In this document: positions 30,001 through 45,000 of the stretch, piece by piece
How positions within the stretch are numbered: position 1 is the first letter of the stretch
How the letters are laid out: each line of letters opens with the position of its first letter
Assembly (NCBI GenBank): GCA_032718475.1
Contig: JAUCBJ010000022.1
Location: 1-64,000 of the forward strand
Origin: Nemertoderma westbladi
Taxonomy: Eukaryota; Animalia; Xenacoelomorpha
Length of the DNA stretch: 64,000 nucleotides
Direction: 5' to 3'
The notes under the pieces: generated by a model
Told to the model about the DNA's origin: nothing
Databases searched by the model: none
What the model saw: the letters and a program-made list of their open reading frames with translations, nothing else
Program-made: the position numbers and the translations under genes

Positions 30001-33000
30001 CTTACCCGCACTCACCTGTGATTGTGAATCTGTTTGCCCTTACACGCACTCACCTGTGATTGTGTATCTGTTTGCTCTTACCCGCACTCACCTGTGATTG
30101 CGTATCTGTTTGCCCTTACCCGCACTCACCTGTGATTGTGAATCTGTTTGCCCTTACCCGCACTCACCTGTGATTGTGAATCTGTTTGCCCTTACACGCA
30201 CTCACCTGTGATTGCGTATCTGTTTGCTCTTACCCGCACTCACCTGTGATTGCGTATCTGTTTGCCCTTACCCGCACTCACCTGTGATTGCGTATCTGTT
30301 TGCCCTTACACGCACTTTTCCGTATCTGTTTGCTCTTACCCGCACTCACCTGTGATTGTGTATCTGTTTGCCCTTACCCGCACTCACCTGTGATTGTGTA
30401 TCTGTTTGCCCTTACCCGCACTCACCTGTGATCGCGTATCTGTTTGACCTTACCCGCACTCACCTGTGATTGTGTATCTGTTTGCCCTTACCCGCACTCA
30501 CCTGTGATTGCGTATCTGTTTGCCCTTACCCGCACTCACCTGTGATTGCGTATCTGTTTGCCCTTACACGCACTTTTCCGTATCTGTTTGCTCTTACCCG
30601 CACTCACCTGTGATTGTGTATCTGTTTGCCCTTACCCGCACTCACCTGTGATTGTGTATCTGTTTGCCCTTACCCGCACTCACCTGTGTTCCGTATCTGT
30701 TTGCCCTTACCCGCACTCACCTGTGATTGCGTATCTGTTTGCCCTTACCCGCACTCACCTGTGATTGCGTATCTGTTTGCCCTTACACGCACTTTTCCGT
30801 ATCTGTTTGCTCTTACCCGCACTCACCTGTGATTGTGTATCTGTTTGCCCTTACCCGCACTCACCTGTGATTGTGTATCTGTTTGCCCTTACCCGCACTC
30901 ACCTGTGATTCGTGAATCTGTTTGCCCTTACCCGCACTCACCTGTGATTGCGTATCTGTTTGCTCTTACCCGCACTCACCTGTGATGTGTATCTGTTTGA
31001 CCTTACCCGCACTCACATGTGATTGTGTATCTGTTTGCCCTTACCCGCACTCACCTGTGATTGCGTTTGCCCTTACCCGCACTCACCCGTGATTGCGTAT
31101 CTGTTTGCCCTTACCCGCACTCACCTGTGATTGTGTATCTGTTTGCCCTTACCCGCACTCACATGTGATTGCGTATCTGTTTGCCCTTACCCGCACTCAC
31201 CTGTGATTGTGTATCTGTTTGCCCTTACCCGCACTCACCTGTGATTGCGTTTGCCCTTACCCGCACTCACCCGTGATTGCGTATCTGTTTGCCCTTACCC
31301 GCACTCACCTGTGATTGCGTATCTGTTTGCCCTTACCCGCACTCACCTGTGATTGTGAATCTGTTTGCCCTTACACGCACTTTTCCGTATCTGTTTGCCC
31401 TTACCCGCACTCACCTGTGATTGTGAATCTGTTTGCCCTTACACGCACTTTTCCGTATCTGTTTGCTCTTACCCGCACTCACCTGTGATTGTGTATCTGT
31501 TTGACCTTACCCGCACTCACCTGTGATTGCGTATCTGTTTGCCCTTACCCGCACTCACCTGTGATTGCGTATCTGTTTGCCCTTACCCGCACTCACCTGT
31601 GATTGCGTATCTGTTTGCCCTTACCCGCACTCACCTGTGATTGTGAATCTGTTTGCCCTTACCCGCACTCACCTGTGATTGTGAATCTGTTTGCCCTTAC
31701 ACGCACTTTTCCGTATCTGTTTGCTCTTACCCGCACTCACCTGTGATTGCGTATCTGTTTGCCCTTACCCGCACTCACCTGTGATTGCGTATCTGTTTGC
31801 CCTTACCCGCACTCACCTGTGATTGCGTATCTGTTTGCCCTTACCCGCACTCACCTGTGATTGTCTATCTGTTTGCCCTTACCCGCACTCACCTGTGATT
31901 GTGTATCTGTTTGCTCTTACCCGCACTCACCTGTGATTGTGTATCTGTTTGACCTTACCCGCACTCACCTGTGATTGCGTATCTGTTTGCCCTTACCCGC
32001 ACTCACCTGTGATTGCGTATCTGTTTGCCCTTACCCGCACTCACCTGTGATTGCGTATCTGTTTGCCCTTACCCGCACTCACCTGTGATTGCGTATCTGT
32101 TTGCCCTTACACGCACTTTTCCGTATCTGTTTGCCCTTACCCGCACTCACCTGTGATTGTCGTATCTGTTTGCCCTTACCCGCACTCACCTGTGATTGCG
32201 TATCTGTTTGCCCTTACCCGCACTCACCTGTGATTGCGTATCTGTTTGCCCTTACCCGCACTCACCTGTGATTGCGTATCTGTTTGCCCTTACCCGCACT
32301 CACCTGTGATTGCGTATCTGTTTGCCCTTACACGCACTTTTCCGTATCTGTTTGCTCTTACCCGCACTCACCTGTGATTGCGTATCTGTTTGCCCTTACC
32401 CGCACTCACCTGTGATTGTGTATCTGTTTGCCCTTACCCGCACTCACCTGTGATTGCGTATCTGTTTGCCCTTACCCGCACTCACCTGTGATTGCGTATC
32501 TGTTTGCCCTTACCCGCACTCACCTGTGATTGTGTATCTGTTTGCCCTTACCCGCACTCACCTGTGATTGTGTATCTGTTTGCCCTTACCCGCACTCACC
32601 TGTGATTGCGTATCTGTTTGCCCTTACCCGCACTCACCTGTGATTGCGTATCTGTTTGCCCTTACCCGCACTCACCTGTGATTGCGTATCTGTTTGCCCT
32701 TACACGCACTTTTCCGTATCTGTTTGCCCTTACCCGCACTCACCTGTGATTGTGTATCTGTTTGCCCTTACACGCACTCACCTGTGATTGCGTATCTGTT
32801 TGCCCTTACCCGCACTCACCTGTGATTGCGTATCTGTTTGCCCTTACCCGCACTCACCTGTGATTGCGTATCTGTTTGCCCTTACCCGCACTCACCTGTG
32901 ATTGTGAATCTGTTTGCCCTTACACGCACTTTTCCGTATCTGTTTGCTCTTACCCGCACTCACCTGTGATTGTGTATCTGTTTGCCCTTACCCGCACTCA

Positions 33001-36000
33001 CCTGTGATTGCGTATCTGTTTGCCCTTACCCGCACTCACCTGTGATTGCGTATCTGTTTGCCCTTACCCGCACTCACCTGTGATTGTGAATCTGTTTGCC
33101 CTTACACGCACTTTTCCGTATCTGTTTGCTCTTACCCGCACTCACCTGTGATTGCGTATCTGTTTGCCCTTACCCGCACTCACCTGTGATTGCGTATCTG
33201 TTTGCCCTTACCCGCACTCACCTGTGATTGCGTATCTGTTTGCCCTTACCCGCACTCACCTGTGATTGTGAATCTGTTTGCCCTTACCCGCACTCACCTG
33301 TGATTGTGAATCTGTTTGCCCTTACCCGCACTCACCTGTGATTGCGTATCTGTTTGCCCTTACACGCACTTTTCCGTATCTGTTTGCCCTTACCCGCACT
33401 CACCTGTGATTGTGTATCTGTTTGCCCTTACCCGCACTCACCTGTGATTGTGTATCTGTTTGCCCTTACCCGCACTCACCTGTGATTGCGTATCTGTTTG
33501 CCCTTACCCGCACTCACCTGTGATTGCGTATCTGTTTGCCCTTACCCGCACTCACCTGTGATTGCGTATCTGTTTGCCCTTACCCGCACTCACCTGTGAT
33601 TGCGTATCTGTTTGCCCTTACCCGCACTCACCTGTGATTGCGTATCTGTTTGCCCTTACCCGCACTCACCTGTGATTGCGTATCTGTTTGCCCTTACCCG
33701 CACTCACCTGTGATTGCGTATCTGTTTGCCCTTACCCGCACTCACCTGTGATTGTGTATCTGTTTGCCCTTACCCGCACTCACCTGTGATTGCGTATCTG
33801 TTTGCCCTTACCCGCACTCACCTGTGATTGTGAATCTGTTTGCCCTTACACGCACTTTTCCGTATCTGTTTGCTCTTACCCGCACTCACCTGTGATTGCG
33901 TATCTGTTTGCCCTTACCCGCACTCACCTGTGATTGCGTATCTGTTTGCCCTTACCCGCACTCACCTGTGATTGGATCTGTTTGCCCTTACCCGCACTCA
34001 CCTGTGATTGCGTATCTGTTTGCCCTTACCCGCACTCACCTGTGATTGTGTATCTGTTTGCCCTTACACGCACTTTTCCGTATCTGTTTGCTCTTACCCG
34101 CACTCACCTGTGATTGCGTATCTGTTTGCCCTTACCCGCACTCACCTGTGATTGCGTATCTGTTTGCCCTTACACGCACTTTTCCGTATCTGTTTGCTCT
34201 TACCCGCACTCACCTGTGATTGTGTATCTGTTTGCCCTTACACGCACTTTTCCGTATCTGTTTGCTCTTACCCGCACTCACCTGTGATTGCGTATCTGTT
34301 TGCCCTTACCCGCACTCACCTGTGATTGCGTATCTGTTTGCCCTTACCCGCACTCACCTGTGATTGTGAATCTGTTTGCCCTTACACGCACTTTTCCGTA
34401 TCTGTTTGCCCTTACCCGCACTCACCTGTGATTGCGTATCTGTTTGCCCTTACCCGCACTCACCTGTGATTGCGTATCTGTTTGCCCTTACCCGCACTCA
34501 CCTGTGATTGTGTATCTGTTTGCCCTTACCCGCACTCACCTGTGATTGTGTATCTGTTTGCCCTTACCCGCACTCACCTGTGATTGCGTATCTGTTTGCC
34601 CTTACCCGCACTCACCTGTGATTGTGAATCTGTTTGCCCTTACACGCACTTTTCCGTATCTGTTTGCTCTTACCCGCACTCACCTGTGATTGTGTATCTG
34701 TTTGCCCTTACCCGCACTCACCTGTGATTGTGTATCTGTTTGCCCTTACCCGCACTCACCTGTGATTGCGTATCTGTTTGCCCTTACCCGCACTCACCTG
34801 TGATTGCGTATCTGTTTGCCCTTACCCGCACTCACCTGTGATTGTGTATCTGTTTGCTCTTACCCGCACTCACCGTGATTGTGTATCTGTTTGCCCTTAC
34901 CCGCACTCACCTGTGATTGTGTATCTGTTTGCCCTTACCCGCACTCACCTGTGATTGTGAATCTGTTTGCCCTTACCCGCACTCACCTGTGATTGTGAAT
35001 CTGTTTGCCCTTACACGCACTTTTCCGTATCTGTTTGCTCTTACCCGCACTCACCTGTGATTGTGTATCTGTTTGCCCTTACCCGCACTCACCTGTGATT
35101 GTGTATCTGTTTGCCCTTACCCGCACTCACCTGTGATTGTGAATCTGTTTGCCCTTACCCGCACTCACCTGTGATTGTGAATCTGTTTGCCCTTACACGC
35201 ACTTTTCCGTATCTGTTTGCTCTTACCCGCACTCACCTGTGATTGTGTATCTGTTTGCCCTTACCCGCACTCACCTGTGATTGTGTATCTGTTTGCCCTT
35301 ACCCGCACTCACCTGTGATTGTGTATCTGTTTGCCCTTACCCGCACTCACCTGTGATTGTGAATCTGTTTGCCCTTACCCGCACTCACCTGTGATTGTGA
35401 ATCTGTTTGCCCTTACACGCACTTTTCCGTATCTGTTTGCTCTTACCCGCACTCACCTGTGATTGTGTATCTGTTTGCCCTTACCCGCACTCACCTGTGA
35501 TTGTGTATCTGTTTGCCCTTACACGCACTTTTCCGTATCTGTTTGCTCTTACCCGCACTCACCTGTGATTGTGTATCTGTTTGCCCTTACCCGCACTCAC
35601 CTGTGATTGTGTATCTGTTTGCCCTTACCCGCACTCACCTGTGATTGCGTATCTGTTTGCCCTTACCCGCACTCACCTGTGATTGTGAATCTGTTTGCCC
35701 TTACCCGCACTCACCTGTGATTGTGAATCTGTTTGCCCTTACCCGCACTCACCTGTGATTGTGAATCTGTTTGCCCTTACACGCACTTTTCCGTATCTGT
35801 TTGCTCTTACCCGCACTCACCTGTGATTGTGTATCTGTTTGCCCTTACCCGCACTCACCTGTGATTGTGTATCTGTTTGCCCTTACCCGCACTCACCTGT
35901 GATTGCGTATCTGTTTGCCCTTACCCGCACTCACCTGTGATTGTGAATCTGTTTGCCCTTACCCGCACTCACCTGTGATTGTGTATCTGTTTGCCCTTAC

Positions 36001-39000
36001 CCGCACTCACCTGTGATTGCGTATCTGTTTGCCCTTACCCGCACTCACCTGTGATTGTGAATCTGTTTGCCCTTACACGCACTTTTCCGTATCTGTTTGC
36101 TCTTACCCGCACTCACCTGTGATTGTGTATCTGTTTGCCCTTACCCGCACTCACCTGTGATTGTGTATCTGTTTGCCCTTACCCGCACTCACCTGTGATT
36201 GTGAATCTGTTTGCCCTTACCCGCACTCACCTGTGATTGTGTATCTGTTTGCCCTTACCCGCACTCACCTGTGATTGTGAATCTGTTTGCCCTTACACGC
36301 ACTCACCTGTGATTGTGAATCTGTTTGCCCTTACACGCACTTTTCCGTATCTGTTTGCTCTTACCCGCACTCACCTGTGATTGTGTATCTGTTTGCCCTT
36401 ACCCGCACTCACCTGTGATTGTGAATCTGTTTGCCCTTACCCGCACTCACCTGTGATTGTGTATCTGTTTGCCCTTACCCGCACTCACCTGTGATTGCGT
36501 ATCTGTTTGCCCTTACCCGCACTCACCTGTGATTGTGAATCTGTTTGCCCTTACACGCACTTTTCCGTATCTGTTTGCTCTTACCCGCACTCACCTGTGA
36601 TTGTGTATCTGTTTGCCCTTACCCGCACTCACCTGTGATTGTGTATCTGTTTGCTCTTACCCGCACTCACCTGTGATTGTGTATCTGTTTGCCCTTACCC
36701 GCACTCACCTGTGATTGTGTATCTGTTTGCCCTTACCCGCACTCACCTGTGATTGTGAATCTGTTTGCCCTTACACGCACTTTTCCGTATCTGTTTGCCC
36801 TTACCCGCACTCACCTGTGATCGCGTATCTGTTTGCCCTTACCCGCACTCACCTGTGATTGTGTATCTGTTTGCCCTTACCCCGCACTCACCTGTGATTG
36901 TGTATCTGTTTGCTCTTACCCGCACTCACCTGTGATTGTGTATCTGTTTGCCCTTACCCGCACTCACCTGTGATTGTGAATCTGTTTGCCCTTACACGCT
37001 CTCACCTGTGATTGCGTATCTGTTTGCCCTTACACGCACTTTTCCGTATCTGTTTGCTCCTTACCCGCACTCACCTGTGATTGTGTATCTGTTTGCCCTT
37101 ACCCGCACTCACCTGTGATTGTGTATCTGTTTGCCTCTTACCCGCACTCACCTGTGTACTCTGTGTATCTGTTTGCCCTTACCCGCACTCACCTGTGATT
37201 GTGTATCTGTTTGCCCTTACCCCGCACTCACCTGTGATTGTGAATCTGTTTGCCCTTACCCGCACTCACCTGTGATTGTGTATCTGTTTGCCCTTACCCG
37301 CACTCACCTGTGATTGTGAATCTGTTTGCCCTTACACGCACTTTTCCGTATCTGTTTGCTCTTACCCGCACTCACCTGTGATTGTGTATCTGTTTGCCCT
37401 TACCCGCACTCACATGTGATTGTGTATCTGTTTGCTCTTACCCGCACTCACATGTGATTGTGTATCTGTTTGCCCTTACCCGCACTCACCTGTGATTGTG
37501 TATCTGTTTGCCCTTACACGCACTCACATGTGATTGTGTATCTGTTTGCCCTTACACGCACTTTTCCGTATCTGTTTGCTCTTACCCGCACTCACCTGTG
37601 ATTGTGTATCTGTTTGCCCTTACCCGCACTCACCTGTGATTGTGTATCTGTTTGCTCTTACCCGCACTCACCTGTGATTGCGTATCTGTTTGCCCTTACA
37701 CGCACTTTTCCGTATCTGTTTGCTCTTACCCGCACTCACCTGTGATTGTGTATCTGTTTGCCCTTACCCGCACTCACCTGTGATTGTGTATCTGTTTGCC
37801 CTTACCCGCACTCACCTGTGATTGTGTATCTGTTTGCCCTTACCCGCACTCACCTGTGATTGCGTATCTGTTTGCCCTTACACGCACTCACCTGTGATTG
37901 CGTATCTGTTTGCCCTTACACGCACTCACCTGTGATTGTGTATCTGTTTGCCCTTACCCGCACTCACCTGTGATTGCGTATCTGTTTGCCCTTACACGCT
38001 CTCACCTGTGATTGTGTATCTGTTTGCCCTTACCGCTCTCACCTGTGATTGTGTATCTGTTTGCCCTTACACGCACTTTTCCGTATCTGTTTGCCTTACC
38101 CGCACTCACCTGTGATTGTGAATCTGTTTGCCCTTACACGCTCTCACCTGTGATTGCGTATCTGTTTGCCCTTACACGCACTTTTCCGTATCTGTTTGCT
38201 CTTACCCGCACTCACCTGTGATTGTGTATCTGTTTGCCCTTACCCGCACTCACCTGTGATTGCGTATCTGTTTGCCCTTACACGCACTTTTCCGTATCTG
38301 TTTGCTCTTACCCGCACTCACCTGTGATTGTGTATCTGTTTGCCCTTACCCGCACTCACCTGTGATTGTGTATCTGTTTGCCCTTACCCGCACTCACCTG
38401 TGATTGTGAATCTGTTTGCCCTTACACGCTCTCACCTGTGATTGCGTATCTGTTTGCCCTTACACGCTCTCACCTGTGATTGCGTATCTGTTTGCCCTTA
38501 CACGCTCTCACCTGTGATTGCGTATCTGTTTGCCCTTACACGCTCTCACCTGTGATTGCGTATCTGTTTGCCCTTACACGCTCTCACCTGTGATTGCGTA
38601 TCTGTTTGCCCTTACACGCACTTTTCCGTATCTGTTTGCTCTTACCCGCACTCACCTGTGATTGTGTATCTGTTTGCCCTTACCCGCACTCACCTGTGAT
38701 TGTGTATCTGTTTGCCCTTACCCGCACTCACCTGTGATTGTGAATCTGTTTGCCCTTACACGCTCTCACCTGTGATTGCGTATCTGTTTGCCCTTACACG
38801 CTCTCACCTGTGATTGCGTATCTGTTTGCCCTTACACGCTCTCACCTGTGATTGCGTATCTGTTTGCCCTTACACGCACTTTTCCGTATCTGTTTGCTCT
38901 TACCCGCACTCACCTGTGATTGCGTATCTGTTTGCCCTTACACGCTCTCACCTGTGATTGCGTATCTGTTTGCCCTTACACGCACTTTTCCGTATCTGTT

Positions 39001-42000
39001 TGCTCTTACCCGCACTCACCTGTGATTGTGAATCTGTTTGCCCTTACACGCTCTCACCTGTGATTGCGTATCTGTTTGCCCTTACACGCACTTTTCCGTA
39101 TCTGTTTGCTCTTACCCGCACTCACCTGTGATTGTGTATCTGTTTGCCCTTACCCGCACTCACCTGTGATTGCGTATCTGTTTGCCCTTACCCGCACTCA
39201 CCTGTGATTGCGTATCTGTTTGCCCTTACACGCACTTTTCCGTATCTGTTTGCTCTTACCCGCACTCACCTGTGATTGTGTATCTGTTTGCCCTTACCCG
39301 CACTCACCTGTGATTGTGAATCTGTTTGCCCTTACACGCACTTTTCCGTATCTGTTTGCCCTTACCCGCACTCACCTGTGATTGCGTATCTGTTTGCCCT
39401 TACCCGCACTCACCTGTGATTGTGAATCTGTTTGCCCTTACACGCACTTTTCCGTATCTGTTTGCCCTTACCCGCACTCACCTGTGATTGTGTATCTGTT
39501 TGCCCTTACCCGCACTCACCTGTGATTGCGTATCTGTTTGCCCTTACCCGCACTCACCTGTGATTGTGAATCTGTTTGCCCTTACACGCACTTTTCCGTA
39601 TCTGTTTGCTCTTACCCGCACTCACCTGTGATTGTGTATCTGTTTGCCCTTACCCGCACTCACCTGTGATTGTGAATCTGTTTGCCCTTACACGCACTTT
39701 TCCGTATCTGTTTGCCCTTACACGCACTCACCTGTGATTGCGTATCTGTTTGCCCTTACCCGCACTCACCTGTGATTGCGTATCTGTTTGCCCTTACACG
39801 CACTTTTCCGTATCTGTTTGCTCTTACCCGCACTCACCTGTGATTGTGTATCTGTTTGCCCTTACCCGCACTCACCTGTGATTGTGAATCTGTTTGCCCT
39901 TACACGCACTTTTCCGTATCTGTTTGCCCTTACCCGCACTCACCTGTGATTGCGTATCTGTTTGCCCTTACCCGCACTCACCTGTGATTGTGAATCTGTT
40001 TGCCCTTACACGCACTTTTCCGTATCTGTTTGCCCTTACACGCACTCACCTGTGATTGCGTATCTGTTTGCCCTTACCCGCACTCACCTGTGATTGCGTA
40101 TCTGTTTGCCCTTACACGCACTTTTCCGTATCTGTTTGCTCTTACCCGCACTCACCTGTGATTGTGTATCTGTTTGCCCTTACCCGCACTCACCTGTGAT
40201 TGCGTATCTGTTTGCCCTTACCCGCACTCACCTGTGATTGCGTATCTGTTTGCCCTTACCCGCACTCACCTGTGATTGTGAATCTGTTTGCCCTTACCCG
40301 CACTCACCTGTGATTGCGTATCTGTTTGCCCTTACCCGCACTCACCTGTGATTGCGTATCTGTTTGCCCTTACCCGCACTCACCTGTGATTGTGAATCTG
40401 TTTGCCCTTACCCGCACTCACCTGTGATTGTGAATCTGTTTGCCCTTACACGCACTTTTCCGTATCTGTTTGCCCTTACCCGCACTCACCTGTGATTGCG
40501 TATCTGTTTGCCCTTACCCGCACTCACCTGTGATTGCGTATCTGTTTGCCCTTACACGCACTTTTCCGTATCTGTTTGCCCTTACCCGCACTCACCTGTG
40601 ATTGCGTATCTGTTTGCCCTTACACGCACTCACCTGTGATTGCGTATCTGTTTGCCCTTACCCGCACTCACCTGTGATTGCGTATCTGTTTGCCCTTACC
40701 CGCACTCACCTGTGATTGTGAATCTGTTTGCCCTTACCCGCACTCACCTGTGATTGTGAATCTGTTTGCCCTTACACGCACTTTTCCGTATCTGTTTGCC
40801 CTTACCCGCACTCACCTGTGATTGCGTATCTGTTTGCCCTTACCCGCACTCACCTGTGATTGCGTATCTGTTTGCCCTTACACGCACTTTTCCGTATCTG
40901 TTTGCCCTTACCCGCACTCACCTGTGATTGCGTATCTGTTTGCCCTTACACGCACTCACCTGTGATTGCGTATCTGTTTGCCCTTACCCGCACTCACCTG
41001 TGATTGCGTATCTGTTTGCCCTTACCCGCACTCACCTGTGATTGTGAATCTGTTTGCCCTTACCCGCACTCACCTGTGATTGTGAATCTGTTTGCCCTTA
41101 CACGCACTTTTCCGTATCTGTTTGCCCTTACCCGCACTCACCTGTGATTGCGTATCTGTTTGCCCTTACCCGCACTCACCTGTGATTGTGAATCTGTTTG
41201 CCCTTACACGCACTTTTCCGTATCTGTTTGCCCTTACCCGCACTCACCTGTGATTGCGTATCTGTTTGCCCTTACCCGCACTCACCTGTGATTGCGTATC
41301 TGTTTGCCCTTACCCGCACTCACCTGTGATTGCGTATCTGTTTGCCCTTACACGCACTTTTCCGTATCTGTTTGCTCTTACCCGCACTCACCTGTGATTG
41401 CGTATCTGTTTGCCCTTACCCGCACTCACCTGTGATTGCGTATCTGTTTGCCCTTACCCGCACTCACCTGTGATTGCGTATCTGTTTGCCCTTACCCGCA
41501 CTCACCTGTGATTGCGTATCTGTTTGCCCTTACCCGCACTCACCTGTGATTGCGTATCTGTTTGCCCTTACCCGCACTCACCTGTGATTGTGAATCTGTT
41601 TGCCCTTACACGCACTTTTCCGTATCTGTTTGCTCTTACCCGCACTCACCTGTGATTGCGTATCTGTTTGCCCTTACCCGCACTCACCTGTGATTGCGTA
41701 TCTGTTTGCCCTTACACGCACTTTTCCGTATCTGTTTGCTCTTACCCGCACTCACCTGTGATTGTGTATCTGTTTGCCCTTACACGCACTTTTCCGTATC
41801 TGTTTGCTCTTACCCGCACTCACCTGTGATTGTGAATCTGTTTGCTCTTACCCGCACTCACCTGTGATTGCGTATCTGTTTGCCCTTACCCGCACTCACC
41901 TGTGATTGCGTATCTGTTTGCCCTTACCCGCACTCACCTGTGATTGCGTATCTGTTTGCCCTTACCCGCACTCACCTGTGATTGCGTATCTGTTTGCCCT

Positions 42001-45000
42001 TACCCGCACTCACCTGTGATTGCGTATCTGTTTGCCCTTACCCGCACTCACCTGTGATTGTGAATCTGTTTGCCCTTACACGCACTTTTCCGTATCTGTT
42101 TGCTCTTACCCGCACTCACCTGTGATTGCGTATCTGTTTGCCCTTACCCGCACTCACCTGTGATTGCGTATCTGTTTGCCCTTACACGCACTTTTCCGTA
42201 TCTGTTTGCTCTTACCCGCACTCACCTGTGATTGTGTATCTGTTTGCCCTTACACGCACTTTTCCGTATCTGTTTGCTCTTACCCGCACTCACCTGTGAT
42301 TGTGAATCTGTTTGCCCTTACACGCACTTTTCCGTATCTGTTTGCTCTTACCCGCACTCACCTGTGATTGTGTATCTGTTTGCTCTTACACGCACTTTTC
42401 CGTATCTGTTTGCTCTTACCCGCACTCACCTGTGATTGCGTATCTGTTTGCCCTTACCCGCACTCACCTGTGATTGCGTATCTGTTTGCCCTTACCCGCA
42501 CTCACCTGTGATTGCGTATCTGTTTGCCCTTACCCGCACTCACCTGTGATTGCGTATCTGTTTGCCCTTACCCGCACTCACCTGTGATTGCGTATCTGTT
42601 TGCCCTTACCCGCACTCACCTGTGATTGTGTATCTGTTTGCTCTTACCCGCACTCACCTGTGATTGTGTATCTGTTTGCTCTTACACGCACTTTTCCGTA
42701 TCTGTTTGCCCTTACACGCACTTTTCCGTATCTGTTTGCTCTTACCCGCACTCACCTGTGATTGCGTATCTGTTTGCCCTTACCCGCACTCACCTGTGAT
42801 TGTGTATCTGTTTGCTCTTACACGCACTTTTCCGTATCTGTTTGCCCTTACACGCACTTTTCCGTATCTGTTTGCTCTTACCCGCACTCACCTGTGATTG
42901 CGTATCTGTTTGCCCTTACCCGCACTCACCTGTGATTGTGTATCTGTTTGCTCTTACCCGCACTCACCTGTGATTGCGTATCTGTTTGCCCTTACCCGCA
43001 CTCACCTGTGATTGCGTATCTGTTTGCCCTTACCCGCACTCACCTGTGATTGTGAATCTGTTTGCCCTTACACGCACTTTTCCGTATCTGTTTGCTCTTA
43101 CCCGCACTCACCTGTGATTGTGTATCTGTTTGCCCTTACCCGCACTCACCTGTGATTGTGTATCTGTTTGCTCTTACCCGCACTCACCTGTGATTGCGTA
43201 TCTGTTTGCCCTTACCCGCACTCACATGTGATTGTGTATCTGTTTGCCCTTACCCGCACTCACCTGTGATTGTGTATCTGTTTGCTCTTACCCGCACTCA
43301 CCTGTGATTGCGTATCTGTTTGCCCTTACCCGCACTCACATGTGATTGTGTATCTGTTTGCCCTTACCCGCACTCACCTGTGATTGCGTATCTGTTTGCC
43401 CTTACCCGCACTCACCTGTGATTGTGTATCTGTTTGCTCTTACCCGCACTCACCTGTGATTGTGTATCTGTTTGACCTTACCCGCACTCACATGTGATTG
43501 TGTATCTGTTTGCCCTTATCCGCACTCACCTGTGATTGCGTATCTGTTTGCCCATACCCTCACTCACCTGTGATTGCGTTTGCCCTTACCCGCACTCACC
43601 CGTGATTGTGAATCAGTTTGCCCTTACCCGCACTCACCTGTGATTGCGTATCTGTTTGCCCTTACCCGCACTCACCTGTGATTGTGTATCTGTTTGCTCT
43701 TACCCGCACTCACCTGTGATTGTGTATCTGTTTGACCTTACCCGCACTCACATGTGATTGTGTATCTGTTTGCCCTTATCCGCACTCACCTGTGATTGTG
43801 TATCTGTTTGCTCTTACCCGCACTCACCTGTGATTGTGTATCTGTTTGACCTTACCCGCACTCACATGTGATTGTGTATCTGTTTGCCCTTATCCGCACT
43901 CACCTGTGATTGCGTATCTGTTTGCCCATACCCTCACTCACCTGTGATTGCGTTTGCCCTTACCCGCACTCACCCGTGATTGTGAATCTGTTTGCCCTTA
44001 CCCGCACTCACCTGTGATTGCGTATCTGTTTGCCCTTACCCGCACTCACCTGTGATTGTGAATCTGTTTGCCCTTACACGCACTCACCTGTGATTGCGTT
44101 TGCCCTTACCCGCACTCACCTGTGATTGCGTATCTGTTTGCCCTTACCCGCACTCACCTGTGATTGCGTTTGCCCTTACCCGCACTCACCCGTGATTGTG
44201 AATCTGTTTGCCCTTACCCGCACTCACCTGTGATTGCGTATCTGTTTGCCCTTACCCGCACTCACCTGTGATTGTGAATCTGTTTGCCCTTACACGCACT
44301 CACCTGTGATTGCGTTTGCCCTTACCCGCACTCACCTGTGATTGCGTATCTGTTTGCCCTTACCCGCACTCACCTGTGATTGTGTATCTGTTTGCTCTTA
44401 CCCGCACTCACATGTGATTGTGTATCTGTTTGCCCTTACCCGCACTCACCCGTGATTGTGAATCTGTTTGCCCTTACCCGCACTCACCTGTGATTGCGTA
44501 TCTGTTTGCCCTTACCCGCACTCACCTGTGATTGTGAATCTGTTTGCCCTTACACGCACTCACCTGTGATTGCGTTTGCCCTTACCCGCACTCACCTGTG
44601 ATTGCGTATCTGTTTGCCCTTACCCGCACTCACCTGTGATTGCGTATCTGTTTGCCCTTACCCGCACTCACCTGTGATTGTGAATCTGTTTGCCCTTACA
44701 CGCACTCACCTGTGATTGCGTTTGCCCTTACCCGCACTCACCTGTGATTGCGTATCTGTTTGCCCTTACCCGCACTCACCTGTGATTGTGAATCTGTTTG
44801 CCCTTACACGCACTCACCTGTGATTGCGTTTGCCCTTACCCGCACTCACCTGTGATTGCGTATCTGTTTGCCCTTACCCGCACTCACCTGTGATTGTGAA
44901 TCTGTTTGCCCTTACCCGCACTCACCTGTGATTGCGTATCTGTTTGCCCTTACCCGCACTCACCTGTGATTGTCTATCTGTTTGCCCTTACCCGCACTCA

